DNA of 63,842 nucleotides, the filler included, from Collodictyon triciliatum (lineage: Eukaryota), in the NCBI GenBank assembly GCA_043381765.1. It is 23 parts of 23 records of this genome, joined end to end, with 100 filler letters (N's around TTAATTAATTAA, not from the genome) between each part and the next. Parts side by side here need not be neighbours in the genome. Positions count along the whole stretch, not along the records: positions 51,059 to 53,785 come from JBHJMP010008390.1; positions 53,886 to 56,612 come from JBHJMP010008391.1; positions 56,713 to 59,438 come from JBHJMP010008392.1; positions 59,539 to 62,264 come from JBHJMP010008393.1; positions 62,365 to 63,842 come from JBHJMP010008478.1; 18 more parts are not named here. The stretch is one strand, 5' to 3'. This document shows positions 52,100 to 63,481 of the stretch, piece by piece. Under the pieces are notes generated by a model, which did not search any database, had not been told where the DNA came from, and saw only the letters and a program-made list of their open reading frames with translations. The position numbers and the translations under genes were made by a program. Every line of letters begins with the position of its first letter. The stretch's first letter is position 1.

Positions 52100-53885
52100 G
52101 CAAGCATTATTGCCGAATATGCACGCTGATATTAACAACATTGTTTGATATTGCCCATACAAGCATTTAAGAAAGGAATCATGTGCATCCGCCCTGAACG
52201 ACTGTTTCTATTACATACTGAACTTTTAATATGGTTATTATCCCAGAGCTCATCGCGGAATTGAAAGAAGGGCCGCTTGATGAAAAGAATCCCGGAAACG
52301 AAGCACAGATACTGAGGGAACCTCACGGAACCTCTGCACATGGCTATCCTGCCATCATTTTGCCAGATGACGAGCTAGTTCGTTTTCATCTTTATTTTAA
52401 CTCTGAAAAAAATGATAATTGTGAAAACCTGTCTTGAAGACGTCGGTGGAGAACGGATATGTGTATTCATGTGCACAACACAAAGAAGAAATGAATACAT
52501 CCTTTATCTCCTGCCAACACCCTACTTACGATTATTTACCCTGCAAAGACCCACTATACAAGCCCTGAATCAAGATATTTGAAACCCTCTCCACCTCAAA
52601 AAAATTTCAGGTTTCCCAACATGCACATCCATTATCGTCCTTTTTCCCTTTTTTTCTTCTTCTTTACTTTCATCAATATGCTTTCCTTTTGTTAAATCAA
52701 GGGACTCAATTTATCTCATTTTTTCTTTTATTGTGTACATATGATATATGTTTATGCTATTGATGAAACTCTTGTTTATGAAGGAGAGATGACACTTCCG
52801 GAAACTGGATCACTGCAAATGAACGAGGAACGCATGATCTTTATCCACCTAAGAATGGAGCCAAGGAACGAGAAATGGGAGAAGTTTTTTATATTCAAGA
52901 GCAAGAGACCAGCATTCCAGATAAAGACCCCAGACGAAATCCCACAGTTCATGAATACGCGACGCATTTCCGCCCGCCAGTTAATGAGCTTCCTGACTCG
53001 TTGACCGTTTCTCCAAATACATCGCAAGGAAAGTCCCCAGAGAACAGACAACCAAAGCAAAAGAGAAATATCTTATGTGGGGACGCAGTCAAAAGTGAAG
53101 AGAGAACTCTTCAGGGTGTTACAAAGAAAGATGAATATGCCCTTTCGATAGAGTGCCTTTTTTTCTTTTAAAATATATCTTATCATGTTTTTTTTTAGAA
53201 CAACTCAAATCAAAGCCCGGAATATTACTGACAGACAAAAATAAATTGAAAAAGCATTGATAGTATTATCCTGTTCTAATGAAAGATATCCGTGAAAAGG
53301 TCTCTCGAAGAAACGGAATACATGGAACCTGCCTCCAAAAATGACGACGATGCGCATGCAGTTCCCGTATTCAGTAAAGTGGTGGGCAGTGGAAGAGACC
53401 AGATAATAGGGTCCTTCAACTACATGCAAATCTGGTAAACAAAACGAAAAATCATGTTAAACTTTGACCTTACTATTGAATGAAGAAGCTTATTTTCTCT
53501 TTGTTTGTTTTTTCGTTACTATTACCAACATCAATGCTTTCTGTGTATGCGTCGCATGGGTTCATGAAACTACAAAAGTCAAGGAGGAAAATCTTATCTT
53601 ATTCCTGAAGCTGGCGAGGCAATACATCTTGAAGCTGAGGAAACTTTACCACGATTTCCAGCTGACGAAAAAACAACTCAGGTCTTTTTGTATTTGTTTT
53701 TTTGTATTTGTTTTTTTGTATTTGTTTTTTTGTATTTGTTTTTTTGTATTTGTTTTTTTGTATTTGTTTTTTTGTATTTGTTTTTNNNNNNNNNNNNNNN
53801 NNNNNNNNNNNNNNNNNNNNNNNNNNNNNTTAATTAATTAANNNNNNNNNNNNNNNNNNNNNNNNNNNNNNNNNNNNNNNNNNNN

Positions 53886-53950
<65 letters not shown>

Positions 53951-54106
53951 AAAAAAAACAAAAAACAAGAAACAAAAAACAAAAAACAAAAAACAAAAAA
54001 CAAAAAACATGAAAGAATATGGCAAATGATGAAGCGTCAGTGGAAATAAAGGAAGATAAAAAAAAATATAGTAGCAAAATACTAACCAACGTTCAAATAC
54101 AGGCAA

Positions 54107-55465
54107 ATGGACACGCCTTCACCTGAGACTCAGCTACTGCACGCAGCCCTGGCCATGTTCAACACGACGCTCGAACCACTCGCACGGCTTCCAACACAGA
54201 CGCTGCTTTTTCTGCTACTTGTCCTTGCCGTCGCCGTACATGGCGGGCGCCAACTAAGCAAATCCCCAAAGACACAGCCAAAGAAGATGTCGCCCAGGGC
54301 CGACAAGGAGTCTGTGCCTGCGCAGCCGCGACCTATCATGAAGTGGCGAGAATCTGAGGAATATCTCTACCAGAAAGGGCTCTCCTTGGGACAAAACAAT
54401 GTTGTGACTAGGCACCAGCAAACAACATGCCTTGACTTGGACAACTTCGACCGCATCACCCCGCTCAATAGGAAAAATCCAAAACTTCCGCTCCACAAGA
54501 TGAGCGGATGCTACGGCTGCGGCCGAATGACTCGCTCCTTCCACAGTGTCTATGTGTTCTCATGCCCTGGTTGTGGGACTAAGTTCCAGCAGCTACGCCA
54601 TTTCTCTCGCAATTTGAAAGGGCAGGTTGGCCTGGTTGTGGGATGCCGCACAAAACTCGGGCATCAAGTAACACTCAAGCTGCTCAGAGCCGGTGCAGTT
54701 GTCATCGGCACGACACGAAAGCCAGAGTCAGCACAGTCTTTATTTGCTTTCTACCACGACCACGCTGACTTTGCGAGGCGCCTTGTAATTTACCCGGCGT
54801 CCTTTGACCTCGACTGTGATGATATTGCCTCCCGGGCTGACATTCTGGCAACCTTTATAGAGGAAAAGTATGGCTGCTTGGATATCCTTGTCAATTGTGC
54901 TGCTCAAACTATTCGTGCGCGAGACAAACCACCACAGAGCGAACCTATCACAGAAGAGACCAACCGATACGGGGATGACCGCTTCGTTTCCACGACTTTG
55001 ATAAACTCGTGGCAGATGGAGTTGCATGACCTCAACCAAGGTGAAATGGAGGAGGTCTTGCGCGTTAACTCGGTTGCTCCATGCTTGTTGGTTCAGAAAC
55101 TGTATCGTGTGATGAGGCTATCTGCCGCTGTTCCTTACATAATCAATGTACACGCTAGAGAGGGCATATTCAACGTCCGAAAAAGCAACCGACATATCCA
55201 TACAAACATGGCCAAGGCTTCGTTAGCGATGTTGACCAAGTGTCTCTTACGTGTCAGGCTTTGCACACAGTCTGGAACTCCTTTTTCAATCCATGGGTGT
55301 GACCCAGGATGGATTTCTGTGGACGAATACTATGAGGACAACCGGCCTTGGAATGTCCCACCTTTGGATGAGGTCGATGGCGCGGCACGAATACTATTTC
55401 CCTTGTTCTCAAAGATGGATAGCTGCTCAAAAACACGCCGGCATTTCTATGATTTGACTTACTAA
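54107..55465 (+). CDS. Short-chain dehydrogenase with an N-terminal Cys4 zinc ribbon, intronless
   Basis: CYGC..CPGC; Rossmann motif VVGCRTKLG; LDILVNCAAQT; NSW; HIHTNMAKA; DPGW; PPLDEVDGAAR. Confidence 0.85.
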   Translation: MDTPSPETQLLHAALAMFNTTLEPLARLPTQTLLFLLLVLAVAVHGGRQLSKSPKTQPKKMSPRADKESVPAQPRPIMKWRESEEYLYQKGLSLGQNNVVTRHQQTTCLDLDNFDRITPLNRKNPKLPLHKMSGCYGCGRMTRSFHSVYVFSCPGCGTKFQQLRHFSRNLKGQVGLVVGCRTKLGHQVTLKLLRAGAVVIGTTRKPESAQSLFAFYHDHADFARRLVIYPASFDLDCDDIASRADILATFIEEKYGCLDILVNCAAQTIRARDKPPQSEPITEETNRYGDDRFVSTTLINSWQMELHDLNQGEMEEVLRVNSVAPCLLVQKLYRVMRLSAAVPYIINVHAREGIFNVRKSNRHIHTNMAKASLAMLTKCLLRVRLCTQSGTPFSIHGCDPGWISVDEYYEDNRPWNVPPLDEVDGAARILFPLFSKMDSCSKTRRHFYDLTY

Positions 55466-55795
55466 TACCAAAAGAACATGTTCCACGTTCTCGACGGGCC
55501 ATCAAGTCGCATCAAGCGCACGTACCACGCCTTTGCCTTCTCTTTTCCCTGCTCGTTTTGCCACAAAATAAAATATCAAAGATATTCAAAAGAATAGAAT
55601 AAAAATGGGACCATAAATTTGAGCAAATATTGAGGAGAAAAAACTAAAGATGCGGGATATTAAAGGACTCGACCATGAGCAACCCGACAGGCCATAAAAG
55701 GCCGAAGGAAACACATCGAAGGAAAAACGCCGAAGCGAAAGAAAGCAATATAGGTAGTACATATAGTCTATGCGTGTGTAGAGATGTAGGAAGTA

Positions 55796-55868
55796 GCCGA
55801 AATAGCTCAGTTGGAAGAGCGTAAGACTGAAGATCTTGATGTCCTTGGTTCGATCCCGAGTTTCGGCA
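55796..55868 (+). tRNA. trnF: tRNA-Phe(GAA)
   Basis: 73-nt cloverleaf: GCCGAAA/TTTCGGC acceptor stem, TAGCTCAGTTGG A-box, anticodon loop CTGAAGA, GGTTCGATCC B-box; oligo-T terminator just downstream. Confidence 0.97.
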
Positions 55869-56260
55869 GACTCCATTTTTTTTGCGCAATCTCTTTCTGG
55901 GTTCGCTCGCAGGCGTGCGCACCCCACGCATCCACGGCGGTACCAACTGGCTGGTATTCACATCGGGCATGCCCTTCGCAGCCCCATGCGAGCAGCTATA
56001 GATTACTTGCTGCGGAAAGGCTTTGCCCGTTGCAGTTTACGTTTATTTTCCACATATAGCATGATCTCCCTGGGAGCCACCTTGTTTGCCCTCCTTCAGC
56101 CAGCTCGCGCTTCTCGCAGAAATCAGGAAGCCTCGTTGACCCAAGGAACCGACTCGACAGCCTAACCGACCCTTTCTTGTTCTTTTCCTTCTTTTCCTTC
56201 TTTTCCTTCTTTTCCTTCTTTTCCTTCTTTTTTTCGACTCTAGGGAAGGCTGCAGTTTGG

Positions 56261-56612
56261 ATGAATCGATCGCAAGAGGTGATTGACCTGGACTCGGATT
56301 CGACAGAGTCGCAGGAAGCGTCTGAGACGGGGTTTTCTCAGGCCGAGCGAGAGTCTGGCTCTGAAGAAAAAGAAGCAGACTCCGAGAGTCCAGGGGACGG
56401 CGAGGAGGAAGGCTCGGACGAAGAAGAAGAAGAAGAGTATTACGATCTGAATAACCCGTCCGACAACGATCACTACTCGGATGCCCAAGAAAATGACGAG
56501 CATGATGCAAAGTCAGTCGGGTCTGTGAGGCACACCTATTGTGACGATGGAGACTTGGAGGAAGAGGCTGAGGAGGGAGAAAGCGAGGGGGCCGACGAAA
56601 GTGGTAAAAAAA
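56261..56612 (+). CDS. Partial highly acidic protein N-terminus
   Basis: MNRSQEVIDLDSDS followed by D/E-rich open frame to the contig edge. Confidence 0.45.
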
Positions 56613-56834
56613 NNNNNNNNNNNNNNNNNNNNNNNNNNNNNNNNNNNNNNNNNNNNTTAATTAATTAANNNNNNNNNNNNNNNNNNNNNNNNNNNNNNNN
56701 NNNNNNNNNNNNAAAGTGTTTGTTCCACCTAATATGGTTTGATGAAGTATAAATGACTATAGGTATATAGCCTCAACAGATGCTATAAAGTTTTGTAACC
56801 AATAGCAATAAATCATTTATTGTCATCAGCTACT

Positions 56835-59310
56835 TATGAGCGTGATCTACTTACAATAGGAAGAGAACTTAGGGCAGATGTAAATTGGTCAATAACTTGA
56901 AGGGCATTTTCGTTAATATCATTCAATGATGGTCTGAATGTAAATCCAGAACTGTCAACAGACATGGTCATGATGAAGGCCGGCTTTATAATAGGAAATT
57001 AATTATTTCATTTTCTTGACAACTTTTCTTAAAAATGTCAAGAACGATAACATATCAAAGAGATTGAGCAATACGAATTCGAGGATGAAGATTCTGAAAA
57101 TTTTGATGTAATGTGAACCATACGGGGAATCGGCTTTGATGAACACCAAACAATAACTGAGAGAGCACATTCCCATCTTCTTTAATCTGTTCGATACTCT
57201 TTCCTGATTTCTTCAACTGTTTTTTAAATAATAATAATAATAATAATAANNNNNNNNNNNNNNNNNNNNNNNNNNNNNNNNNNNNNNNNNNNNNNNNNNN
57301 NNNNNNNNNNNNNNNNNNNNNNNNNNNNNNNNNNNNNNNNNNNNNNNNNNNNNNNNNNNNNNNNNNNNNNNNNNNNNNNNNNNNNNNNNNNNNNNNNNNN
57401 NNNNNNNNNNNNNNNNNNNNNNNNNNNNNNNNNNNNNNNNNNNNNNNNNNNNNNNNNNNNNNCCTATTTGATGAATAAGTATTTGAATTGTTCGGTAGCA
57501 CGGACTAAAAGGAAAATCATGCAATTCCGGAATATGTCCTTAGAAAAAGTTCCAAAGATTTACTAGCAAAAACAGCATTCAGAATTATTATTGTTATTAT
57601 TTTTTGTAATCTATAGGCATGAATGGAACTAAAGAATTCAACATGGAAAAAAAAAAATAGAGAGAGAGAAAAAGGAAACCCGTACGATGACTGAAAATCA
57701 AGAAGAAGTTGGCTACGCGGCTCGGTCGATTTATATTCCAATTCAATCTGTGATTGTTTGAAAAAAATTATTCGACTTTTAAATCAAATTAGAATTTAAG
57801 GAATCAGATAATACCTGTTTGATTTCTTTATCAATTGTCCCGAGGAATTTTTCTAGGCTGTGATTTTGAGGGGAAACATATTAGCCTGGTATGAATTTTA
57901 ATTGTAATATCTTTGTATTAAATATTGCGGAGCGTTCAAGGCGATAGTAAACCGGATATTTTTTTTTTGAGAAATTGGGGGAAAATCTCCTGACTAAATT
58001 TATTTTGTTTTCCATACCTGAACAAATCTTCAGCAGTTTGAGGGTCTTGTAGTAGTTTTGATTCAATTGACCGATACTTTGAGCATATTTCAGTATGAAT
58101 ATCTCGGAGTCCTTCATGTATTGTTCATAGGGGTAGAGTATGTAGAATAATACGATTTAGTTGGAAAAAAAAACATCTTAGATTCGAGTTGATTGTCGCC
58201 ATGCACTTAGCCTTACGACCAGGTTAAATGCAAAGATATATTAATTTGAATGATAAGAAACCTTCTGAAATATTAAGCATTAGTGAATCTACAAGCTTCA
58301 TAGATTTTGCGATCAAAATTTCCTTGACAATTTCGACTTTGATATCAACGAAGCCATTCTGAGATGAACTTGGCACTCTTTGTCTCAGATTATCACTCTG
58401 CATGTGAGATTTTACTTTACGTTGGATACACCTCATGACACATAAGCAACCCAAGAAGAAAAATAACGCTAACATAGATATTATATATAACTGAGGCGGT
58501 AAATAGTGGGCGGCTGTACAATCGTTTTATATAAACAAAAAGAAAAAGAAAAAGAAAAAGAAAAAGAAAAAGAAAAAGAAAAAGAAAAAGAAAAAGAAAA
58601 AGAAAAACAGAAAAAGAAAAGCAGAAAAAGAAAAACAGAAAAATGAACTTCATTTGTAATCCAACTGAGGTGAAAGAGGATACCGTTTTCACGTGCCTAC
58701 TGATTTCCTCATGAAATTCTTGGAGTGGTTTTTCGTCTTCTTTCCATGATTCACGGTACTGGTCTACATCCTATGCAAAATAATATATATTTGTTGGTTA
58801 ATTTCAAGGATATGCTGATTAAAGGCAATTATGCAAATATAGCTAGTGCCGAATATATTCTATGGATTTATTTTGTGTTGGTATTATCGGGAGGGTTATA
58901 AATCACTAAAGATCATACCTTGGTAAGAAGGTATTTGTAATCACGGAAGTAGTAGTTCAGTAGGTCAGGGATTTCATGATAGGAGTATATTACAGACTGT
59001 ATATAATGCTTGTGAGTTTTGTTCATTATAGTTACAGTAAAATAATAACACCAGAAGACGCCACCGATGGTTCGCAAAGTGATAAAACAAGACTCAGGCA
59101 TATGTTTACATTTTCCCCTTTCGATCGATTGAAGTAAAAAAAAAAAAAGTGCTAATACAGAACTGAAAATCGAAAATAATAAGAAAAATGACTAAATGAC
59201 TAAAGCAAATAATTATGTATGAATATTCCACCTTCACTCTCAGTTTGGCATGAGCTATTTCGTGTTTTTCCAAGGTAAGTGCAGAAAGGTTACGAAAATG
59301 GTACGGAATG
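56835..59310 (-). CDS. Multi-exon fragment of a large helical protein, possibly a dynein heavy-chain N-terminal region (exons misordered by scaffolding)
   Basis: PAFIMTMSVDSSGFTFRPSLNDI and DVDQYRESW..PLQEFHEEI weakly resemble dynein heavy-chain stem motifs. Confidence 0.35.
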
Positions 59311-59538
59311 TGAGAAAAAAGTGTTTGTTCCACCTAATATGGTTTGATGAAGTATAAATGACTATAGGTATATAGCCTCAACAGATGCTATAAAGTTTTG
59401 TAACCAATAGCAATAAATCATTTATTGTCATCAGCTACNNNNNNNNNNNNNNNNNNNNNNNNNNNNNNNNNNNNNNNNNNNNTTAATTAATTAANNNNNN
59501 NNNNNNNNNNNNNNNNNNNNNNNNNNNNNNNNNNNNNN

Positions 59539-59669
59539 AATTTAAAAAAGGTGTTGACCAAGTAAATAAATACGCGCCTGTAATTCGCGGAGCTGCACAA
59601 CGAAACGAATCCCTGGGAAAAGTCATAAAATCATACGACGACAATATCAGAAATAAAATTGGTTACTAG
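59539..59669 (+). CDS. 3' end of a putative viral ORF upstream of the MCP
   Basis: Open frame FKKGVDQVNKYAPVIRGAAQRNESLGKVIKSYDDNIRNKIGY* ends 27 nt before the MCP ATG. Confidence 0.55.
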
Positions 59670-59696
59670 TTAGAAAATTATTTTCTTTTTTAGAAT

Positions 59697-61472
59697 ATGG
59701 ATTCACTACCGGAGGAGCTACAGTTTAGAAATGTATCAAGTAAAAAGAAAACTATTTTGGAAAAACAAATGAGACAAGTTTTGCCCAGCAACGGAACGGA
59801 GCAGACAGCAAATTATTCAAGTGGCCCTCAAATTGTTTTTAGGATTCCAATTGATAATGAATGGAGTATACAGATGGATTCAGCCCATATTGTGGCTGAT
59901 TTACAGGTAAAAAATCTTGATGATAATGCAGCGAGTTATAATAATCTAAAACTCTCTAGTATAAATACAAATGGAGCAGTTGCACTTCCAATTCTAGCCC
60001 CTTGTGAAAGTTACGAGTCTTTTGTGTATCGCATTGCTGTTTATCTCAATGGCAGTGAGTTGGAAAGAATCGACAATTATTCATACCTTGAGTCGTTTAA
60101 GCACAATTGGTGTAATAATCAGAATTGGGTGAATCTTATGAGTGGAGGAATGGGACTAGGTCAGTCTATCCTAGAAAAATCACGATTATTTTTAGTTGGA
60201 GCGTCTGGAACTAATAGTAATATTGTGCAGATTGGATTTCCGCTTCGATATCTTGGTTTGATGAATATTAAAACATTGCTTCCAGCTTATCTACTGGGTC
60301 CCAATTCGTTGGAAATTCGTATTTGGATGTCACCAGCTAGTGAATGTTTTACTCATGGTTTGTTAACAAATGAGGCTACAACTGCATACAACCACACAAA
60401 TTTTGCAGCTTCTACTGCAACTACATTGAGTTATACACTTTCAAATATTCACATGAATATTAATTATATTCAAACGGAACCATCATATAACAATGCTCTT
60501 TCACAATATTTAATAAATAACAATTTGCAGATTCCCATAGAGACATATTTTATTACCCAATTTCCAATTAACAGAGGACAAAATGGTTGGGTTAATCAAA
60601 ATATTTCTATTCAGTATTCAAATATTAATGCAATTTATTGTATTTTTACACGAAACACCGAACAAGGATCTTTAAGATTTTTAGGCACGGATAGAATGCA
60701 TGCAATTGAAGGATTATCACAAGCCCGTCTTACAGTAAATGGTAAAGTTATGCCAAGTGTACCTATTCTTTTTGATAATCCTGCATATGTGGCATACCCA
60801 GCCACTGGTCAAAATATAAGCGCTGGAAATGCTGCTGGTCTTTTAAATTCTGGTCTATGCGGTCAAGCTTATTGTCAACAACCAGAAGCCCTTAATTATT
60901 TAATGAAAGCGTTGGGATACAATACGTCAGCGGAAATGCTAGATCAGGTAAATTTCCCAGTCGTTGATGGTCAACCTCTTTATACATTTACACAGGGTGC
61001 CGCGGGAGCAGCATCAGGACGACAATTTAGCACAATAAATACTAACACAGGAGCAGGTGCATTTTATGCATCAAATAAAGCTGTACAATTTAATAGCTAT
61101 GCGTCGGGAGGTAATGCATTAGCTGGTACTACATTTTTAGAAGACGCCTGCTCCAATCCGCTGGCCTGTGAAGAAATATTCTGGAAAACTCCCACATATT
61201 TTGCATTGGGGTGGTCAATGACCCGTTCAGATTATTCGGATGAGTTTGAGCTATCTGGTTACAATATATCTTCAAATTCTGGGATTGTACGGGTTGGTCT
61301 ACAGTTTGCTGGGTCATGTAATGAAGGACATAGTATCACCGCAGCAAATGGTAAAGCTGTATCTGCAGCTGTTTCATCAGTGACACCTATTGATAATTAC
61401 ACTTGCTGGGTCATCATTGAGCACACACGTATTCTCGACGTCGGAAAAGACAACGCCCAAGTTCTTTATTGA
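59697..61472 (+). CDS. Double jelly-roll major capsid protein, Polinton-like virus/virophage type
   Basis: 591-aa intronless ORF; LPEEL..PSNG..IVFRIP, RIAVYLNGSELERIDNY, LG..KTLLP..LEIRI, YTLSNIHMN, LTVNGKVMPSVPI, FALG..LSGYN and EHTRILDV fit PLV MCP patterns as recalled. Confidence 0.75.
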   Translation: MDSLPEELQFRNVSSKKKTILEKQMRQVLPSNGTEQTANYSSGPQIVFRIPIDNEWSIQMDSAHIVADLQVKNLDDNAASYNNLKLSSINTNGAVALPILAPCESYESFVYRIAVYLNGSELERIDNYSYLESFKHNWCNNQNWVNLMSGGMGLGQSILEKSRLFLVGASGTNSNIVQIGFPLRYLGLMNIKTLLPAYLLGPNSLEIRIWMSPASECFTHGLLTNEATTAYNHTNFAASTATTLSYTLSNIHMNINYIQTEPSYNNALSQYLINNNLQIPIETYFITQFPINRGQNGWVNQNISIQYSNINAIYCIFTRNTEQGSLRFLGTDRMHAIEGLSQARLTVNGKVMPSVPILFDNPAYVAYPATGQNISAGNAAGLLNSGLCGQAYCQQPEALNYLMKALGYNTSAEMLDQVNFPVVDGQPLYTFTQGAAGAASGRQFSTINTNTGAGAFYASNKAVQFNSYASGGNALAGTTFLEDACSNPLACEEIFWKTPTYFALGWSMTRSDYSDEFELSGYNISSNSGIVRVGLQFAGSCNEGHSITAANGKAVSAAVSSVTPIDNYTCWVIIEHTRILDVGKDNAQVLY

Positions 61473-61572
61473 ATAATTTTTTCCCCCTCGGTCCTGCACA
61501 AAGTTGAAAGGAAGAATAAAAAATTAAATAATTTTTTATAAAAAAATAATTATTTAAATCTTACAAGTTGAT

Positions 61573-61920
61573 TCAAGTATGGATTTGTTGATTGTCTGTA
61601 ACTTGAACCAAGCTGTTATTCATCTGATTCTGCTTCTTATTCAACTTTTTTTCGTTTCTTCGGAATATTCCGGGTTTTTTCTGATTTAATTGTTCTTTTA
61701 TCTCAGAGAGTTCACTTTTTAGATAAGAGACTTCCTCGGTCTCTGCGTCTATCGCCGAATTTCTGACGGATTCTTCAATCATCTCAGATGCTTTTTTTTT
61801 GGCCATCTTTTTCTGCCTCATCAGTTCCAAATTTTTGAGCTGCTTGGGGGTCAGTGTTATTTTCTTTTTTTCGGGCACGGCATCAGGAAGTTCAATATTC
61901 TCTTCATAATCTTGCTCCAT
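61573..61920 (-). CDS. Small charged coiled-coil viral protein
   Basis: 115 aa; KKKITLTPKQLKNLELMRQKK motif; packed between the two capsid genes. Confidence 0.65.
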   Translation of the reverse strand: MEQDYEENIELPDAVPEKKKITLTPKQLKNLELMRQKKMAKKKASEMIEESVRNSAIDAETEEVSYLKSELSEIKEQLNQKKPGIFRRNEKKLNKKQNQMNNSLVQVTDNQQIHT

Positions 61921-61953
61921 AATTTGATATAGAAAAGAATTCTATGGTAATTT

Positions 61954-62264
61954 ATGCAACGCCGTCTGCTTAACGAGAGAAATACAAATGAGGCCAACTA
62001 TCTTTTTATTAATTCGGAATTGAAACGAGTGAGTGGGTCAAACAACAATTTCACTTTTGATTTAAATGATTTTCCGATTATTAAAAACAAGCCATATAAT
62101 CTTTTTATTAAAAGTGTATACTATCCCACGACGATACATCAGATTACAGAGTTGTATCAATACAATCAATTGCGAATTCGAGTATTGAATACAAACACAA
62201 CTATAAGCACTTTTTCAACAATTACAATTAATGAGGGTACATATAACACTTCACAATATGCCCA
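61954..62264 (+). CDS. Putative minor capsid (penton) protein, N-terminal part
   Basis: LFINS..R.SG.NNNFTFDL, SVYYPTT..I..YNQ and TITINEGTYN fit the PLV/virophage penton N-terminal pattern; truncated by the contig end. Confidence 0.65.
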
Positions 62265-62585
62265 NNNNNNNNNNNNNNNNNNNNNNNNNNNNNNNNNNNN
62301 NNNNNNNNTTAATTAATTAANNNNNNNNNNNNNNNNNNNNNNNNNNNNNNNNNNNNNNNNNNNNTAATGAATACGCGAAAAAGTTTTCTTTGTCATGTGA
62401 AGATGATATCTGTCTTCTATCCCAACTATGCGTGGATCCTCCGATCACTTATGAACTCTATAAGAATGGATTCAGACAAGACGCAAATATCTACTCTGAT
62501 CATCCAGTGTTTGGGGTTAGTCATAGTCATGAGCACGAGTTATCTTTCCATTAATAAAATAGACGGATTGATACTTTTCTTTTCA

Positions 62586-62683
<98 letters not shown>

Positions 62684-62854
62684 CAAATTATAACACATTT
62701 CCCCTTGTTTGCTGTAAGACGCAATACATGTATTGCGCACGATGATGTTTGTATTATTGCTGTATACATTTTGAACAGATTACTGAAACATTACTATCAT
62801 CTTTCCCTCATAGAGTGGATTAGCGCAAAAGCACTAATTTTTGTTTTATCCAGA

Positions 62855-63481
62855 GATATCGTTCTGGTTTCAACGTCCCTGTATCATCTTTCGTAACGTT
62901 GGATGTCACGTATCTCCCTCCATTTGATGTACTGAAAGTGTCAGAAAAAGTCATTGGCGTGCTGTCGCACAAACATGTGTCCACTCCTTCTGTCAAGACC
63001 TTGATTGATGAGGGGAAAATCAAGGAGGCAAGAGCCTTTCATTGCGAATACATAGCCTTACATTCAATTGCGTATATGGCATAGTGATTTCTAAATAATC
63101 AACTCTTTTTTTTTTTTGTATCAATCAAGGTTGGCTACAATGAAAATTCGTATTACGTGGTTAATACAACATTAGTCAACGAGCTAAATCCCAGTATTAC
63201 TTTCGGGAGCAAATATGATATTTCAATGGCTGATAAGGTCAGACAATCATTTATTTTTCTTTTAAAGAATTTATATTATTCTAATTATGATTAAAATGAG
63301 GTCTGTTTGGTGACCGTCACAACTTGACCTGTATATTATTCTTCTCTATCTTTTCTTCATAATATGCTAGATTGATTCGTTCATGCTCAATTGTGAAACA
63401 GAGGAAAATACCCCTCTTGGGCAAGTTGAGTGGATGAAATGGTTCGGTATCCTTGTCGGGTTAGAGGCGGACGCTCAAAAA
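62855..63481 (+). CDS. Fe/B12 periplasmic-binding-fold protein (CBA1-like), multi-exon fragment
   Basis: NVPVSSFVTLDVTYLPPFDVL..VIGV and ETEENTPLGQVEWMKWFG..EADA resemble the family E..PLGRAEW.K motif. Confidence 0.5.

Noticed and set aside
54107-62264. SDR, tRNA and capsid genes as one viral island
   Set aside because: They lie on different contigs separated by artificial spacers; the adjacency reflects length sorting
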